Shown one piece after another: positions 37,701 to 46,879 of a stretch of DNA of 64,000 bases. The stretch's first letter is position 1. The number at the start of each line of letters is the position of its first letter. The notes beneath the pieces are model-generated. The model had not been told where the DNA came from and made no database searches. It saw only the letters and a program-made list of their open reading frames with translations. The DNA comes from an uncultured Chloroflexia bacterium (GTDB lineage Bacteria > Chloroflexota > Limnocylindria > Limnocylindrales > CSP1-4). The DNA lies in assembly GCA_963707215.1 (NCBI GenBank), contig CAVPPB010000001.1:768001-832000 (forward strand), read 5' to 3'. The position numbers were made by a program, and so were the translations under genes.

Positions 37701-38367
37701 CTGGCAGCTGATCTACTTCCATGCGTGGCGCGGCGAGGACGTCACGACCGAGGTGGCGCGTCTCGCCGCGTGGGCCGAGGGGTTCGACGAGACCGGGGCA
37801 CGTGAGGCGGTCCACGATCTCCGGGCCGTCGCGGCCTTCGGGATCGGCGAGTGGTCCGTCGCTGCCGACGAATGGCTGGCCTACGCGCCGAGCGATGCCT
37901 TGAACGCTCCGGGTGCGTACGTCTTCGCCGGCCTCGCGGCGTTGCTGGCCGGCGACGGCACGACGGCAGCGACAGCGCTGGCGGCCCTGGTACGCACCGC
38001 TCGACGCGGGCCCATGCCGTCGCTCGACCGGCGACTGCTGGACGCGGGGATCGCGATCCTCGACGGGCGCGAGGCCGAGGGACGGCGCGACGCACTGGCG
38101 GTCATCGCAGGGTATGCCGACCTCGGCCTGCCGTGGCGCCAGGCCCTCGGTTCGCTCATGCTGGCCGAACGACTCGGCGCCGACGATCCCGAGACGCGGG
38201 CGGCGGCCGAGATGGCCCGAGCCATCTTCGAGCGCCTGGGCGCCCGACCGTTCCTCGAGCGGCTGGAGGCGGCGCTGGCGGGGAAGGCTCGCGCGGTCTC
38301 GGGCGGAGGCGTGCGGGTCGAACCGGGATCGCCGATCGCCACCGAGCGCACGGTGCCGCGGGGCTGA
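34771..38367 (+). CDS. Double Zn ribbon + class III adenylate/guanylate cyclase + AAA ATPase + TPR protein (frameshifted)
   Basis: CSSC..FCGECG twice, VLFADLVGFT, KFIGDAVMA, VNTASRLQ and GPAGIGKT. Confidence 0.9.
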
Positions 38368-38514
38368 CGGGTCCGAGCTGTCCCGACGACGGTCGGCTCC
38401 ACTAGACGGCCCCGCCCTGGGCGGCCGCCGAGCTGTCCGCCGGCGGCCCGGACGAGCGGTTCGTGTACCACAGGCGCGAGCGCTGGCCGACCCCGCGCAC
38501 CCTATGCTTGCCGC

Positions 38515-39693
38515 ATGTCACGGTCAGTCGACACTCGAGCTCGCCCGTGGGTGCTGGTCACCGGCCCGGACCAATCCCGGGCTGCGGTGGCCGCTGTCCG
38601 GCTGCTCGCCGCGGCGGGCTACCGGCCGGCGGTGACCCACACCGGCCGGACATCGCTGGCGGCGGCGTCCCGGCACTGCCGCCGTCGCGTCAGGGTACCT
38701 TCGGCCGAGCTCGATCCGGACCGCTATCGGGCCGCTATCGAAGCCGAGTCGGCCGCCCGCGGATACCTCGCGGTCTTGCCAGGAAGCGATCCGGCGCTAC
38801 GGGCCCTCGGCCGTCCGGAGGCCCGCTTCACCGACAAGCTCTACACCGCAAGGCGGGCTGCTGAGGCCGGGATCGAGACGCCGCCGACCCGCGTCTTCGA
38901 CTCCTATCGCGACCTGCTCGACGCCGGCGGCGACCTTGACTACCCGATCGTCGTCAAGCCGGACGTGAAGCGCTTCCTGGCCCAGCGGGTCGACCGACGC
39001 GAAGAGCTCAGCCGGGTCCCGGACGGCAGCGGGCGGCTGGTCGTCCAGCCGTTCCTCGGCGACGACCTCCACGGGATCATCGGGCTCACCTGGCAGGGTC
39101 GGCTCATTGCCGCGACCCGGATGCGCTATCTGCGGATCTGGCCTCGTCCGGCCGGGACCGTGGCAGCTGCCGTGACGATCGAGCGGGACCCGGTGCTCGA
39201 GGCCCGGCTCGAGCAACTGCTCGCCGATCATGACGGCCTGTTCCACGCCGACCTGATCGGGCCATACCTGTTGGATCTCAACCCGCGGATCCATGCCGCC
39301 CTGCCGCTCGCGGCGGCAGCCGGGTCGGACGTGATTCGAGCCTATGGCGCTCTCCTGGAGGGCCGCGAGCCAAGGTCGGTCCGGGGCCGGGCGGGCGTCA
39401 GGTTCCGGTGGATCGAGGGCGACCTGCGAAGCCTCATCCACCAGGTGCGCCGCGGCCGGATCTCGATCGGCGACGCGGTGCGCTGGGCCCTGCCCCGGCC
39501 CGGCACCGTCCACGGCCTCGTGTCGGTCCAGGACCCGGGGCCGTGCCTGGCCCGCCTTCGGTTCCTGCCGGAGAACCTCGAGGTGCGCCGGAACCGGCGA
39601 CGAGAAGAGCGGCGACGGGCAGCGCTGGTCGCCCGACAAGCCGGGCGCGAGCCCGCGACCCGGGACGTCGACGACGCCTCGTCCGCCCACTGA
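38515..39693 (+). CDS. ATP-grasp fold protein
   Basis: AVAAVRLL, DKLYT, YPIVVKP, LVVQPFL and LLDLNPR. Confidence 0.72.
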   Translation: MSRSVDTRARPWVLVTGPDQSRAAVAAVRLLAAAGYRPAVTHTGRTSLAAASRHCRRRVRVPSAELDPDRYRAAIEAESAARGYLAVLPGSDPALRALGRPEARFTDKLYTARRAAEAGIETPPTRVFDSYRDLLDAGGDLDYPIVVKPDVKRFLAQRVDRREELSRVPDGSGRLVVQPFLGDDLHGIIGLTWQGRLIAATRMRYLRIWPRPAGTVAAAVTIERDPVLEARLEQLLADHDGLFHADLIGPYLLDLNPRIHAALPLAAAAGSDVIRAYGALLEGREPRSVRGRAGVRFRWIEGDLRSLIHQVRRGRISIGDAVRWALPRPGTVHGLVSVQDPGPCLARLRFLPENLEVRRNRRREERRRAALVARQAGREPATRDVDDASSAH

Positions 39694-39729
39694 CCGAGTC
39701 GATCCCGAAGACCGACCGAGGTCGTCAGC

Positions 39730-40578
39730 TCAGCCGGCCCCTTGCTCCGGGCCGTCGGGTCCCGCGTAGTGCACCGGATGGTCCGCGGCCAGCTGCTCGA
39801 TCCAGGTCGCGCGGTCCGGTGGGATCCGCCGACCCTGCTCGAGGATCGCCTTGACGACCGGGCAGGTCGCCCGACCGCTGAACCGGAACCGGAACCGGAA
39901 CCGCGTCAGGCTGGCTCGCGGGTGACCGGCGGCCCTGACGAGCGCCCAGCCCTCGACAGCCATCATCGCGGGCCGTGACCAGCCGCCGGCAGCAGCCGCG
40001 CGAGCGCCGACGATCGCCGCCCGCCGGGCCGGCCCGAACAGCCTGGCCGCCTCGCGGACCCCCTCCGGGTCCGCCCGCAGGAGGCCACGGACGCCCTTCG
40101 CCTCCAGCCCGACCTCATGCCGCCGCCCACCTGGCCGCGTTCCGTTGAGGAGCAGCTTGAACAGGCCTTCGGCGCCGGGTCGGAGGCGGCGGAAGCCACG
40201 CGAGTCCAGGATGGTCATCGGCAGCAGGTCGTCCAGGACGAACAGGGTGGAACCCCGCCAGAACCGGCGGGCCTTGGTGCCCATCTCGAGGAAGGTCTCG
40301 GAGTCAGCCGGGATCGCGATCAGGTTCAACCCGCCGGGGATGTGCCGACACACGACGACGGGACCGACCTCGGTCGCCACCGCCCAGCGCCGGAACTCGG
40401 TCTCGATGTCCTGCCAGGATGCCGCGGGCGCGGCCGCGTCGATGTCCCCGGTGCCTCGAAAGGCCGACTCAGCGTTCTTCCAGACGAGCCAGTGAGGCTC
40501 CACCTCGGTCAACCGCCGTAGCAGCGGCAGCCAGAGCGCCAGGCGGTCGCCGGCTTCGGGGCGAGTGGTCGAGCTCAT
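39730..40578 (-). CDS. Hypothetical protein, possible nucleotidyltransferase-like N-terminus
   Basis: WLVWKN..GTGDIDAAA (GDxD). Confidence 0.6.
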   Translation of the reverse strand: MSSTTRPEAGDRLALWLPLLRRLTEVEPHWLVWKNAESAFRGTGDIDAAAPAASWQDIETEFRRWAVATEVGPVVVCRHIPGGLNLIAIPADSETFLEMGTKARRFWRGSTLFVLDDLLPMTILDSRGFRRLRPGAEGLFKLLLNGTRPGGRRHEVGLEAKGVRGLLRADPEGVREAARLFGPARRAAIVGARAAAAGGWSRPAMMAVEGWALVRAAGHPRASLTRFRFRFRFSGRATCPVVKAILEQGRRIPPDRATWIEQLAADHPVHYAGPDGPEQGAG

Positions 40579-40594
40579 GGCCGGCCAAGCATAC

Positions 40595-40766
40595 GGATCC
40601 GGTCCACCTCGGCAGGGCCGCTGCGAACGGGTGCCAGGCGTCGACGACCGATCCGCCCGCCGACCGGCTCTTCGCCGGCAGCCTGGACGATCGGTTCGAG
40701 TACGGGCTCGGTCTCATCCTCGACGGGATCGAGCGGAGGGTCGGGCGCCGCCGCCCGGCGATCTGA
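40595..40766 (+). pseudogene. TetR C-terminal domain remnant
   Basis: DDRFEYGLGLILDGIERR matches TetR_C ends. No HTH N-terminus upstream. Confidence 0.55.
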
Positions 40767-40800
40767 CCGCTTCTCGAGCGACGGCCGGGCGCAGCCCGCC

Positions 40801-41298
40801 CTACTCGTTCGGGTCGCGGTCGGCCGGCCAGGTGCCCATGACCTGGCGAAGGATGGCGAACTCGCCGAGGTGGTAGGCGTCGTGTGCCGCCACGATGCGG
40901 ATCTCGCGCAGGATCGTGTGGCCCGGCGTGCCCGGGATGACGGCGAGGAGGTCGGTCCCCGGATCGGCGACGAGGTCACGGAGCGCCCGCTGATCGGCTC
41001 GGAAGGCCTCGACCGAGGCGGCGAACCCGGCCGGCGTCGTCGTCGCGTCGCGCGGCGGCCAGTACTCGTCTGGCCAGGTCGGCGCCAGGTAGGCCCGGTT
41101 CCGGATGTAGTCGAGGATGTCCCACTGGGCCATCCGGATGTGCTCCAGCAGGTGCCAGGGCGTGTACGGCAGGTCCGGCGCCGGCCGATTGATCGCAGCG
41201 TCGGGGAAGTCGCGGACCGCGGCGTCGAACGGCAGGTGGGCGTCGTGGCCGTCGATCGCGGCGATGAGCTGCTCGCGGAGCGGATCGGTCGTGGTCAT
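40801..41298 (-). CDS. DinB-family protein
   Basis: HDAH, YTPWHLLEHIRMAQWDIL and HDAYHLGE. Confidence 0.88.
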   Translation of the reverse strand: MTTTDPLREQLIAAIDGHDAHLPFDAAVRDFPDAAINRPAPDLPYTPWHLLEHIRMAQWDILDYIRNRAYLAPTWPDEYWPPRDATTTPAGFAASVEAFRADQRALRDLVADPGTDLLAVIPGTPGHTILREIRIVAAHDAYHLGEFAILRQVMGTWPADRDPNE

Positions 41299-41355
41299 GG
41301 CGTCCCTCCGGTGACGGGTCGCGGCCATGGTGCGCCGCCGGCAGGACGGCGTCGA

Positions 41356-41430
41356 CCGCCGGAAGGCCTCGCCCGCCGGAAGGCCTCGCCCGCCGGAAGG
41401 CCTCGCCCGCCGGAAGGCCTCGCCCGCCGG
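41356..41430. repeat. Perfect tandem array, 4 x ccgccggaaggcctcgc (17 bp) plus a partial unit
   Basis: Directly visible in the sequence. Confidence 0.95.
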
Positions 41431-41438
41431 CCCGCTCG

Positions 41439-41469
41439 CCATGCGGGTATGCCCAGACCTGACTGGCGG
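41439..41469 (+). repeat. Dispersed 31-bp motif, copy C
   Basis: ccatgcgggtatgcccagacctgactggcgg. Confidence 0.8.
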
Positions 41470-41651
41470 CGGGGTGCCGGACTCCCCAGGCGCCGCGCCA
41501 TCCGCGCCACGCGCACGGCGACCGGCCGCGGTCGCGGATCACCCGAACCGAGATCCCGGGTCACCCGAAGCACGGGCCCAAGGGCCCTACCCGCCCGGAC
41601 CGCCTCGCTCGACGATCGCCCCGGACCCGAACGCATGGACTGGAGAGCGCG

Positions 41652-42533
41652 GTGACCGAACCTGAGGCCCCCCCTCGCAAGCGGATGACCCTGCCCGGCC
41701 TGATGGCCAAGACGGCCGAGGGCACCCCGATCACCTGGCTGACCTGCTACGACTACCCGACGGCCTATCTCCAGGACCAGGCCGGAGTCGACATGATCCT
41801 GGTCGGCGACAGCCTGGGCATGACGATGCTGGGCTACGACAGCACCCTGCCGGTGACGATGGACGACATGATCCGCCACACCGCCGCGGTCCGGCGGGGC
41901 GCGCCAAACGCCTGGGTCGTCGGCGACATGCCGTACATGAGCTACCAGCCGAGCGTCGAGACGGCCATCCGCAACGCCGGCCGCTTCATGGCCGAGACCG
42001 GCTGCGACGCGGTCAAGCTCGAGGGCGGCGCCGAGATGGCCGACCGGATCGAGGGCATCGCCCGGGCCGGCATCCCGGTCATCGGCCACCTGGGCCTGAC
42101 GCCGCAGAGCGCCGGCGCCCTCGGCGGCTTCCGCCTCCAGGGCAAGGGCGCCGCCCAGGCGAAGAAGATCGTCGACGACGCCCGGATCCTCGAGGAGGCC
42201 GGCGCCTTCTGCATCCTCCTCGAGCTCGTCCCCGACCGCGTCTGCGCGCTCATCACCCAGCGGTCGAAGGGCGCCATCATCATGAGCCTGGGCTCGGGCC
42301 CGGACGCCGACGGCCAGCTGCTCATCTACCACGACGCGTTCGCCTTGTACCCGAAGTTCAAGCCCCGGATGGCCAAGGTCTTCGCCGATGCCGGAGCGGT
42401 CATCCGCGAGGGCCTGGACGCCTACGTGACCGAGGTCACCGAACGGACCTTCCCGGCGCCGGAGAACTGGTTCGGCATGAAGGACGAGGAGTACGGCGAG
42501 CTGGTGCGGCTCGTCGAGGAGGGCTCGAAGTGA
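41652..42533 (+). CDS. panB: 3-methyl-2-oxobutanoate hydroxymethyltransferase
   Basis: LTCYDY, LVGDSLGM, GDMPY, VKLEGG and GHLGLTPQS. Confidence 0.92.
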   Translation: MTEPEAPPRKRMTLPGLMAKTAEGTPITWLTCYDYPTAYLQDQAGVDMILVGDSLGMTMLGYDSTLPVTMDDMIRHTAAVRRGAPNAWVVGDMPYMSYQPSVETAIRNAGRFMAETGCDAVKLEGGAEMADRIEGIARAGIPVIGHLGLTPQSAGALGGFRLQGKGAAQAKKIVDDARILEEAGAFCILLELVPDRVCALITQRSKGAIIMSLGSGPDADGQLLIYHDAFALYPKFKPRMAKVFADAGAVIREGLDAYVTEVTERTFPAPENWFGMKDEEYGELVRLVEEGSK

Positions 42534-43810
42534 CGACCGCGCTGCGCCCCGACCTGCGCGGACGGCTGGCGATCCCGGCCGACCGGCTTGCCGAGCTCAA
42601 CGCCCTCTTCCTCGACCCAGGCAGCCGGGTCGTCAACGACCTCCTTGAGGTCGTTGACCGCTATGGCACGCCCGATGAGATCAACCGCCGGGCCGCCGAG
42701 GCCGGTGCGCTGCCGGCGCTCCTCGACAGGGTCCGGGCGACCAAGGCCGAGTACCTGGCCGACCTCGAGTGGCTGGCGGAGCGGCGCGATGCCGGCGCCT
42801 TCATCGGCGTCGACGAGTTCCGCCGCTCCGTCCTGGGGCCCCGGTACGACGCGACCACCTTCCGCGAGACGGCCCCGGTGACCCTGGAGATCAGCGCCTG
42901 CCAGTACTTCCCATGGGTCATCGCGGCGGCCCGCCGGACCATCGAGCAGCGCTCGCTCATGCCGGGTCGCTGGATCCGGGTCCGAAAGATGCGCGAGCAG
43001 GAGCTCGACGGCGACCTGCCGGCGATGCACGCCGCGATGCGGATCATCGGCGCCAGCATCGTCGAGACACTCGACACGAAGGGCACCGACGGCTCGAACA
43101 TCCACCTCGACGGCCCGGCCACGATCACCGGCTACTTCGGCGGCGTCGGCCAGCCCAACGAGCACGCCCTCATGTGGGCCGACGAGTTCCTCCGCTACTA
43201 CACCGAGTACGGCGTCCGCCAGGTCCTCAACGTCAACCCGGGCACCGTGCTCGTCGGCTACCTGCTCTATCGCCTGGGCGTGGACATCGAGTTCAAGATC
43301 TCGGTCTTCATGGGCAACGACAACCCCTACGCCGGCCTGTGGACCCTGCTGGGCGCCCGGCTGTTCGCCCGTGAGGACGGCTCGACCCCGCTCGTCGGCT
43401 TCAACTGGAGCAACTCGGTCGACAACACGACCCTGGAGATCTCCGCCGAGGTCCGCCGGGCGCTCGGCCTGGAGGACGCGGTCCGCTTCGAGCACCACAT
43501 CACCGAGACCCAGCGATCGATCGTCCGCCAGCCCTATGACCGCCGGGCCGAGCTGGTGGCGCTCTGCGACCACGTCCCCAACGTCTCGGCCAAGCACGAG
43601 GGCGGCGACCCGGAGGTGGAGGCCACCCACGACCATCCGTCGGACATCCTCGACTACTTCCGGGACAAGGACGAGATCATCGCCAGCGGCGATTGGGACG
43701 CCCTCACGGACGACTTCATCGACAAGCTCGACGCGACGAACCACACGGCGAGGGACCTGACCGAGGCCGGCCTGGCATACGTGGCGGCCCAGGAGCTGCA
43801 CCACCGCTAG
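42530..43810 (+). CDS. Hypothetical protein (426 aa) translationally coupled to panB
   Basis: Intact ORF with strong GC3 bias and a GTGA overlap. Enzyme-like motifs DTKGTDGSN, GYFGGVGQP and SAKHEGG. Confidence 0.85.
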   Translation: MTTALRPDLRGRLAIPADRLAELNALFLDPGSRVVNDLLEVVDRYGTPDEINRRAAEAGALPALLDRVRATKAEYLADLEWLAERRDAGAFIGVDEFRRSVLGPRYDATTFRETAPVTLEISACQYFPWVIAAARRTIEQRSLMPGRWIRVRKMREQELDGDLPAMHAAMRIIGASIVETLDTKGTDGSNIHLDGPATITGYFGGVGQPNEHALMWADEFLRYYTEYGVRQVLNVNPGTVLVGYLLYRLGVDIEFKISVFMGNDNPYAGLWTLLGARLFAREDGSTPLVGFNWSNSVDNTTLEISAEVRRALGLEDAVRFEHHITETQRSIVRQPYDRRAELVALCDHVPNVSAKHEGGDPEVEATHDHPSDILDYFRDKDEIIASGDWDALTDDFIDKLDATNHTARDLTEAGLAYVAAQELHHR

Positions 43811-43846
43811 CTCGACGACGGGCTTCACGGCAGGCTCGCCGGCGGA

Positions 43847-44079
43847 CTCGACAGCCGGTCGCCGGCAGCTTCGACGGCCTCGACAGCGGGTCGCCGGTCG
43901 CCTCAACGGCCGCTCGTTCTTCGCAGATACCAGCGGCACTGGTGGTATCACGGCGGTGGCCCGTCGGTGACGGTCCGTGGACCTCGGCGCACGCACGGCG
44001 GCGGCCCTGATCGCTCCATACCACCAGTGGGGCTGGTGCGGCGCGAGGATCGCTTGCATAGCACCAGCCACGCTGGTAG
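43847..44079. repeat. Intergenic 32-bp tandem duplication plus three alternating REP-like palindromes
   Basis: Duplicate at 43847-43878 and 43879-43910. Units (g/a)caccagc..ctggt(g/a)g at 43926-43949, 44018-44039 (inverted) and 44061-44079. Confidence 0.65.
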
Positions 44080-44148
44080 ACGACAAGATCGGGCCGAGGC
44101 CCGGACGCCGCACCGGGCGACTCCTGCAGCCTCCCTTCCGTCGGCTCG

Positions 44149-44649
44149 CTATCCCGGCTCCGCCTCGAGCCGAGCGAGCAGGTCGGCAAGCCCGGCCGGG
44201 TCGAGGTCGCCCTCCACGACGAGCGCCTCGGCCGGCTCCTCGAGGTCATCGAGCTGGCTGTCCAGGAGCGAGGCGGGCACGAAGTGGCCGGTCCGGGAGC
44301 GCAGCCGCCGCTCAAGGGTCGCGCGGTCCGCCCTGAGGTAGATCACGATCGCGCCGTCGACGCCGCCGAGCAGGACCTCGCGGTAGGACGCCTTCAGGGC
44401 CGAGCAGGCCACGACAACGCCCCGGCCTCCCTGGAGCACCTCGTCGATCGCCGCGCGGACCTCCCGGAGCCATGGGCCTCGCGCCTCGTCGTCGAGGGCG
44501 ATCCCGCGGCGCATCCGCTCGACGTTCTCGACCGGGTGGAGATCGTCGGCGTCCACGAACGCGTAGCCGAGCGAGTGCGCGAGCGCCGCGCCGACGGTGG
44601 TCTTGCCCGAGCCGGCGACGCCCATGACGAGGACGACCGTGGGTGGCAT
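44149..44649 (-). CDS. gntK: Gluconokinase (GntK/IdnK type)
   Basis: MGVAGSGKTT, DADDLHP, CSALKASYR and HFVPASLLDSQL..LEEP. Confidence 0.9.
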   Translation of the reverse strand: MPPTVVLVMGVAGSGKTTVGAALAHSLGYAFVDADDLHPVENVERMRRGIALDDEARGPWLREVRAAIDEVLQGGRGVVVACSALKASYREVLLGGVDGAIVIYLRADRATLERRLRSRTGHFVPASLLDSQLDDLEEPAEALVVEGDLDPAGLADLLARLEAEPG

Positions 44650-44793
44650 CGGCCGCAGCATACCCACCGGCGGCGGCCAGGCCCGGAGCCGTCGCCCCGG
44701 GCGTTCGGGCATCTCGAACGTACCCATCGGTCCGCTCGGCTCTCCTCGCGAAGCCCCGCGGCCGGTAGCGTCGGACGGCGAACGGAGGTCGTC

Positions 44794-45075
44794 ATGCCCG
44801 AGTCCATGCTCATCGTCGTCGCCCTGCTCGTCGTCGGGGTGGTCGTCCTGCTGGCCCTGGCAGCCCTGCGGTCGCGGGCGGCCGATCGCCGGACGGACAT
44901 GACGTCGAGCCCCACAGCCGCCCTGGGGATGTCGGTCGGCATGCTCCTGGGGGCGGCGCTCGGCGCCATCGTCTGGATCTCGACCGGCCAGTTCGTGTTC
45001 TGGGTGGTCTTCCTGGGTGCCGGGTTGACCGTCGGGCTGGCCATCGGGACGAGCCTCGCGACCCGGAGCCGTTGA
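44794..45075 (+). CDS. Small 3-TM membrane protein
   Basis: GGAGG RBS and three hydrophobic stretches. Confidence 0.7.
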   Translation: MPESMLIVVALLVVGVVVLLALAALRSRAADRRTDMTSSPTAALGMSVGMLLGAALGAIVWISTGQFVFWVVFLGAGLTVGLAIGTSLATRSR

Positions 45076-45123
45076 TGGCGACGGTCCCGATCGTGCGGGC
45101 GCCCACGCCCGCGGAGGACGCCG

Positions 45124-45885
45124 ATGACCGGACCCGTGCCGGATGAAGGCCCGGCCGGCCGTCGGGTCACCTGGGCGGGGATCCTCGTCGGTGCCGTCTC
45201 GACCGTCGTCGTCCTGTGCGTCACCGTCATCGTCGTCGGGTTGATCGCCATGGGCACGCTCTCGCCGCGACCGGCCGCGGCCCCGGGCGCCGCGGACCCT
45301 GGTCCGCTCGAGGCGCTGCCGCCGCCGCGGGTCGAGGGTCCGCGCTCGCTGGAAGCGCTCCTGGCCGTGCGCCGATCCGTCCGCTCATTCACCACCGAGC
45401 CGCTGACGACGGCCGAGCTGGGCCAGCTGCTGTGGGCGGCCCAGGGTGTCACGGACGCCGCCGGCCACCGGACGACCCCGTCCGCCGGGGCGACCTACCC
45501 GCTCGAGCTGGACGTGGTCACGGCCGAGGGGGTCGCCCGGTACGTGCCGAGCGAGCACGCCCTCGCGCGCCGGGGAACCGTCGATCTCCGCGCCGCCCTC
45601 CGGCTGGCCGCCCTGGACCAGGCCGCGGTCGGCGACGCGCCGCTGGTCATCGTGATCTCCGGGGTCGTCGAGCGGACCGCCGCGCGCTACGGACCGGAGC
45701 GAGCCGAGCGATACGTGACCCTGGAGGCCGGGCATGCCGCCCAGGGCATCCTGCTCGAGGCGGTCGCCCTGGACCTGGGTGCGGTACCGATGGGAGCCTT
45801 CGTCGACGCCGCGGTGCACGAACTGCTCTCGCTCGGCGAGGGGGAGGAGCCGCTCTACCTCATCCCGGTCGGCCATCCCGGCTGA
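45124..45885 (+). CDS. SagB/ThcOx-family nitroreductase with an N-terminal TM anchor
   Basis: RRSVRSF, QLLWAAQG, PSAGATYP and LEAGHAAQ. Confidence 0.9.
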   Translation: MTGPVPDEGPAGRRVTWAGILVGAVSTVVVLCVTVIVVGLIAMGTLSPRPAAAPGAADPGPLEALPPPRVEGPRSLEALLAVRRSVRSFTTEPLTTAELGQLLWAAQGVTDAAGHRTTPSAGATYPLELDVVTAEGVARYVPSEHALARRGTVDLRAALRLAALDQAAVGDAPLVIVISGVVERTAARYGPERAERYVTLEAGHAAQGILLEAVALDLGAVPMGAFVDAAVHELLSLGEGEEPLYLIPVGHPG

Positions 45886-45929
45886 CGCGGCCGGCTTCGT
45901 CCGGAGGCCGTCGTCGCGGCCGGGAACGT

Positions 45930-46010
45930 GGCCCCTTCCGCGTCGTAGCGCGGCCCCTTCCGCGTCGCAGCGCGGCCCGGTCAGGTCCCCATGTGGCCCG
46001 GTCAGCTCCC
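45930..46010. repeat. Short tandem duplications (22-bp and ~21-bp units)
   Basis: ggccccttccgcgtcg(t/c)agcgc twice, then ggcccggtcag(g/c)tccc twice. Confidence 0.7.
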
Positions 46011-46787
46011 GGCGCCGAACGACACCTGGAGCGCGCCGTCGTCGTCGCGGAGCTCGAGCCGGTCACCGTCGATCCGGAAGGTCGTCGCCCGACCCATGGC
46101 CGCCAGGAACGCCGCTTCCTGCTCCATGACCTCGTCGGGACATGCCATCCGGGTCGAGGCGAGCGGCCCGATCCCGAGCCGCGGTCCGTCGACCCGGAAC
46201 GGGCCGTGGTAGCGGTTGCAGCCCGCCCGCCCGCTGACCCGTCCGTCCTCGCCGAACGTGGCATCGATGGCCGTCCCGGCCACAAGGCTGGCGACGCCGC
46301 CGCGGCCGTTGTTGACGCCTGTCGCCTGCCACGAGGGGCCCATCAGGGTCGGCTCGACGACCCGGTCGAGGACCAGCCGGTCGAGGCCGTCCGCGTCCCG
46401 GAGGACCAGGCTGCCCTCCTCGACCGCCCAGGTCGCGATCAGGGCGAGGGCCTGGAGGACCGCGGCCTCGATCGATGCGGCCGGCTCCGGGCAGGCCATC
46501 ATCGTCGACGCGATCAGCCCGATCTCGAGCCGCTCCCCATCGATGCGGCACTCGGCGCTGAAGCGGTTGCAGCCGCCGCTGCCGGCCACGCGCCCCGCCT
46601 CGAATCGGAGGGTCGCCTCCACGTCTTCGGGGATCGGCCGCGGCTGTCCTTCGGCCCCGGACGCGGCCTGGATCCGCCACAGCGTCCCCTGGAGTAACGG
46701 CTCCGGCTGCCCCGCTGAACCGGCTCGAGGATGGCCGTCCTCGGGCGCCGGCCGATCGCGCGACTCGTGCGGATCTCGGCTCGTCAT
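46002..46787 (-). CDS. Tandem META (HslJ-like) domain protein
   Basis: Two repeats of G-GCN ... STxMAC..E..L. Confidence 0.88.
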   Translation of the reverse strand: MTSRDPHESRDRPAPEDGHPRAGSAGQPEPLLQGTLWRIQAASGAEGQPRPIPEDVEATLRFEAGRVAGSGGCNRFSAECRIDGERLEIGLIASTMMACPEPAASIEAAVLQALALIATWAVEEGSLVLRDADGLDRLVLDRVVEPTLMGPSWQATGVNNGRGGVASLVAGTAIDATFGEDGRVSGRAGCNRYHGPFRVDGPRLGIGPLASTRMACPDEVMEQEAAFLAAMGRATTFRIDGDRLELRDDDGALQVSFGAGS

Positions 46788-46879
46788 GGCGACCTCCTTC
46801 GCTCCGGGCCCAATCTACCCCGCGTTTCGTGACCGTTGGGCACCCCGGCAGCTGTCAGCCGACGGGGCATACTCCGACC

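Noticed and set aside
39880-39903. (GAACCG)4 as a phase-variation tract
   Set aside because: A hexamer unit keeps the frame and simply encodes RFRFRF.
41356-41430. Tandem repeats as a possible CRISPR array
   Set aside because: The units are contiguous with no spacers, and no cas genes are present.
45124-45885. SagB-like gene as a sign of a RiPP (azole) cluster
   Set aside because: No YcaO, precursor peptide or transporter lies nearby, and stand-alone members of this family are common.
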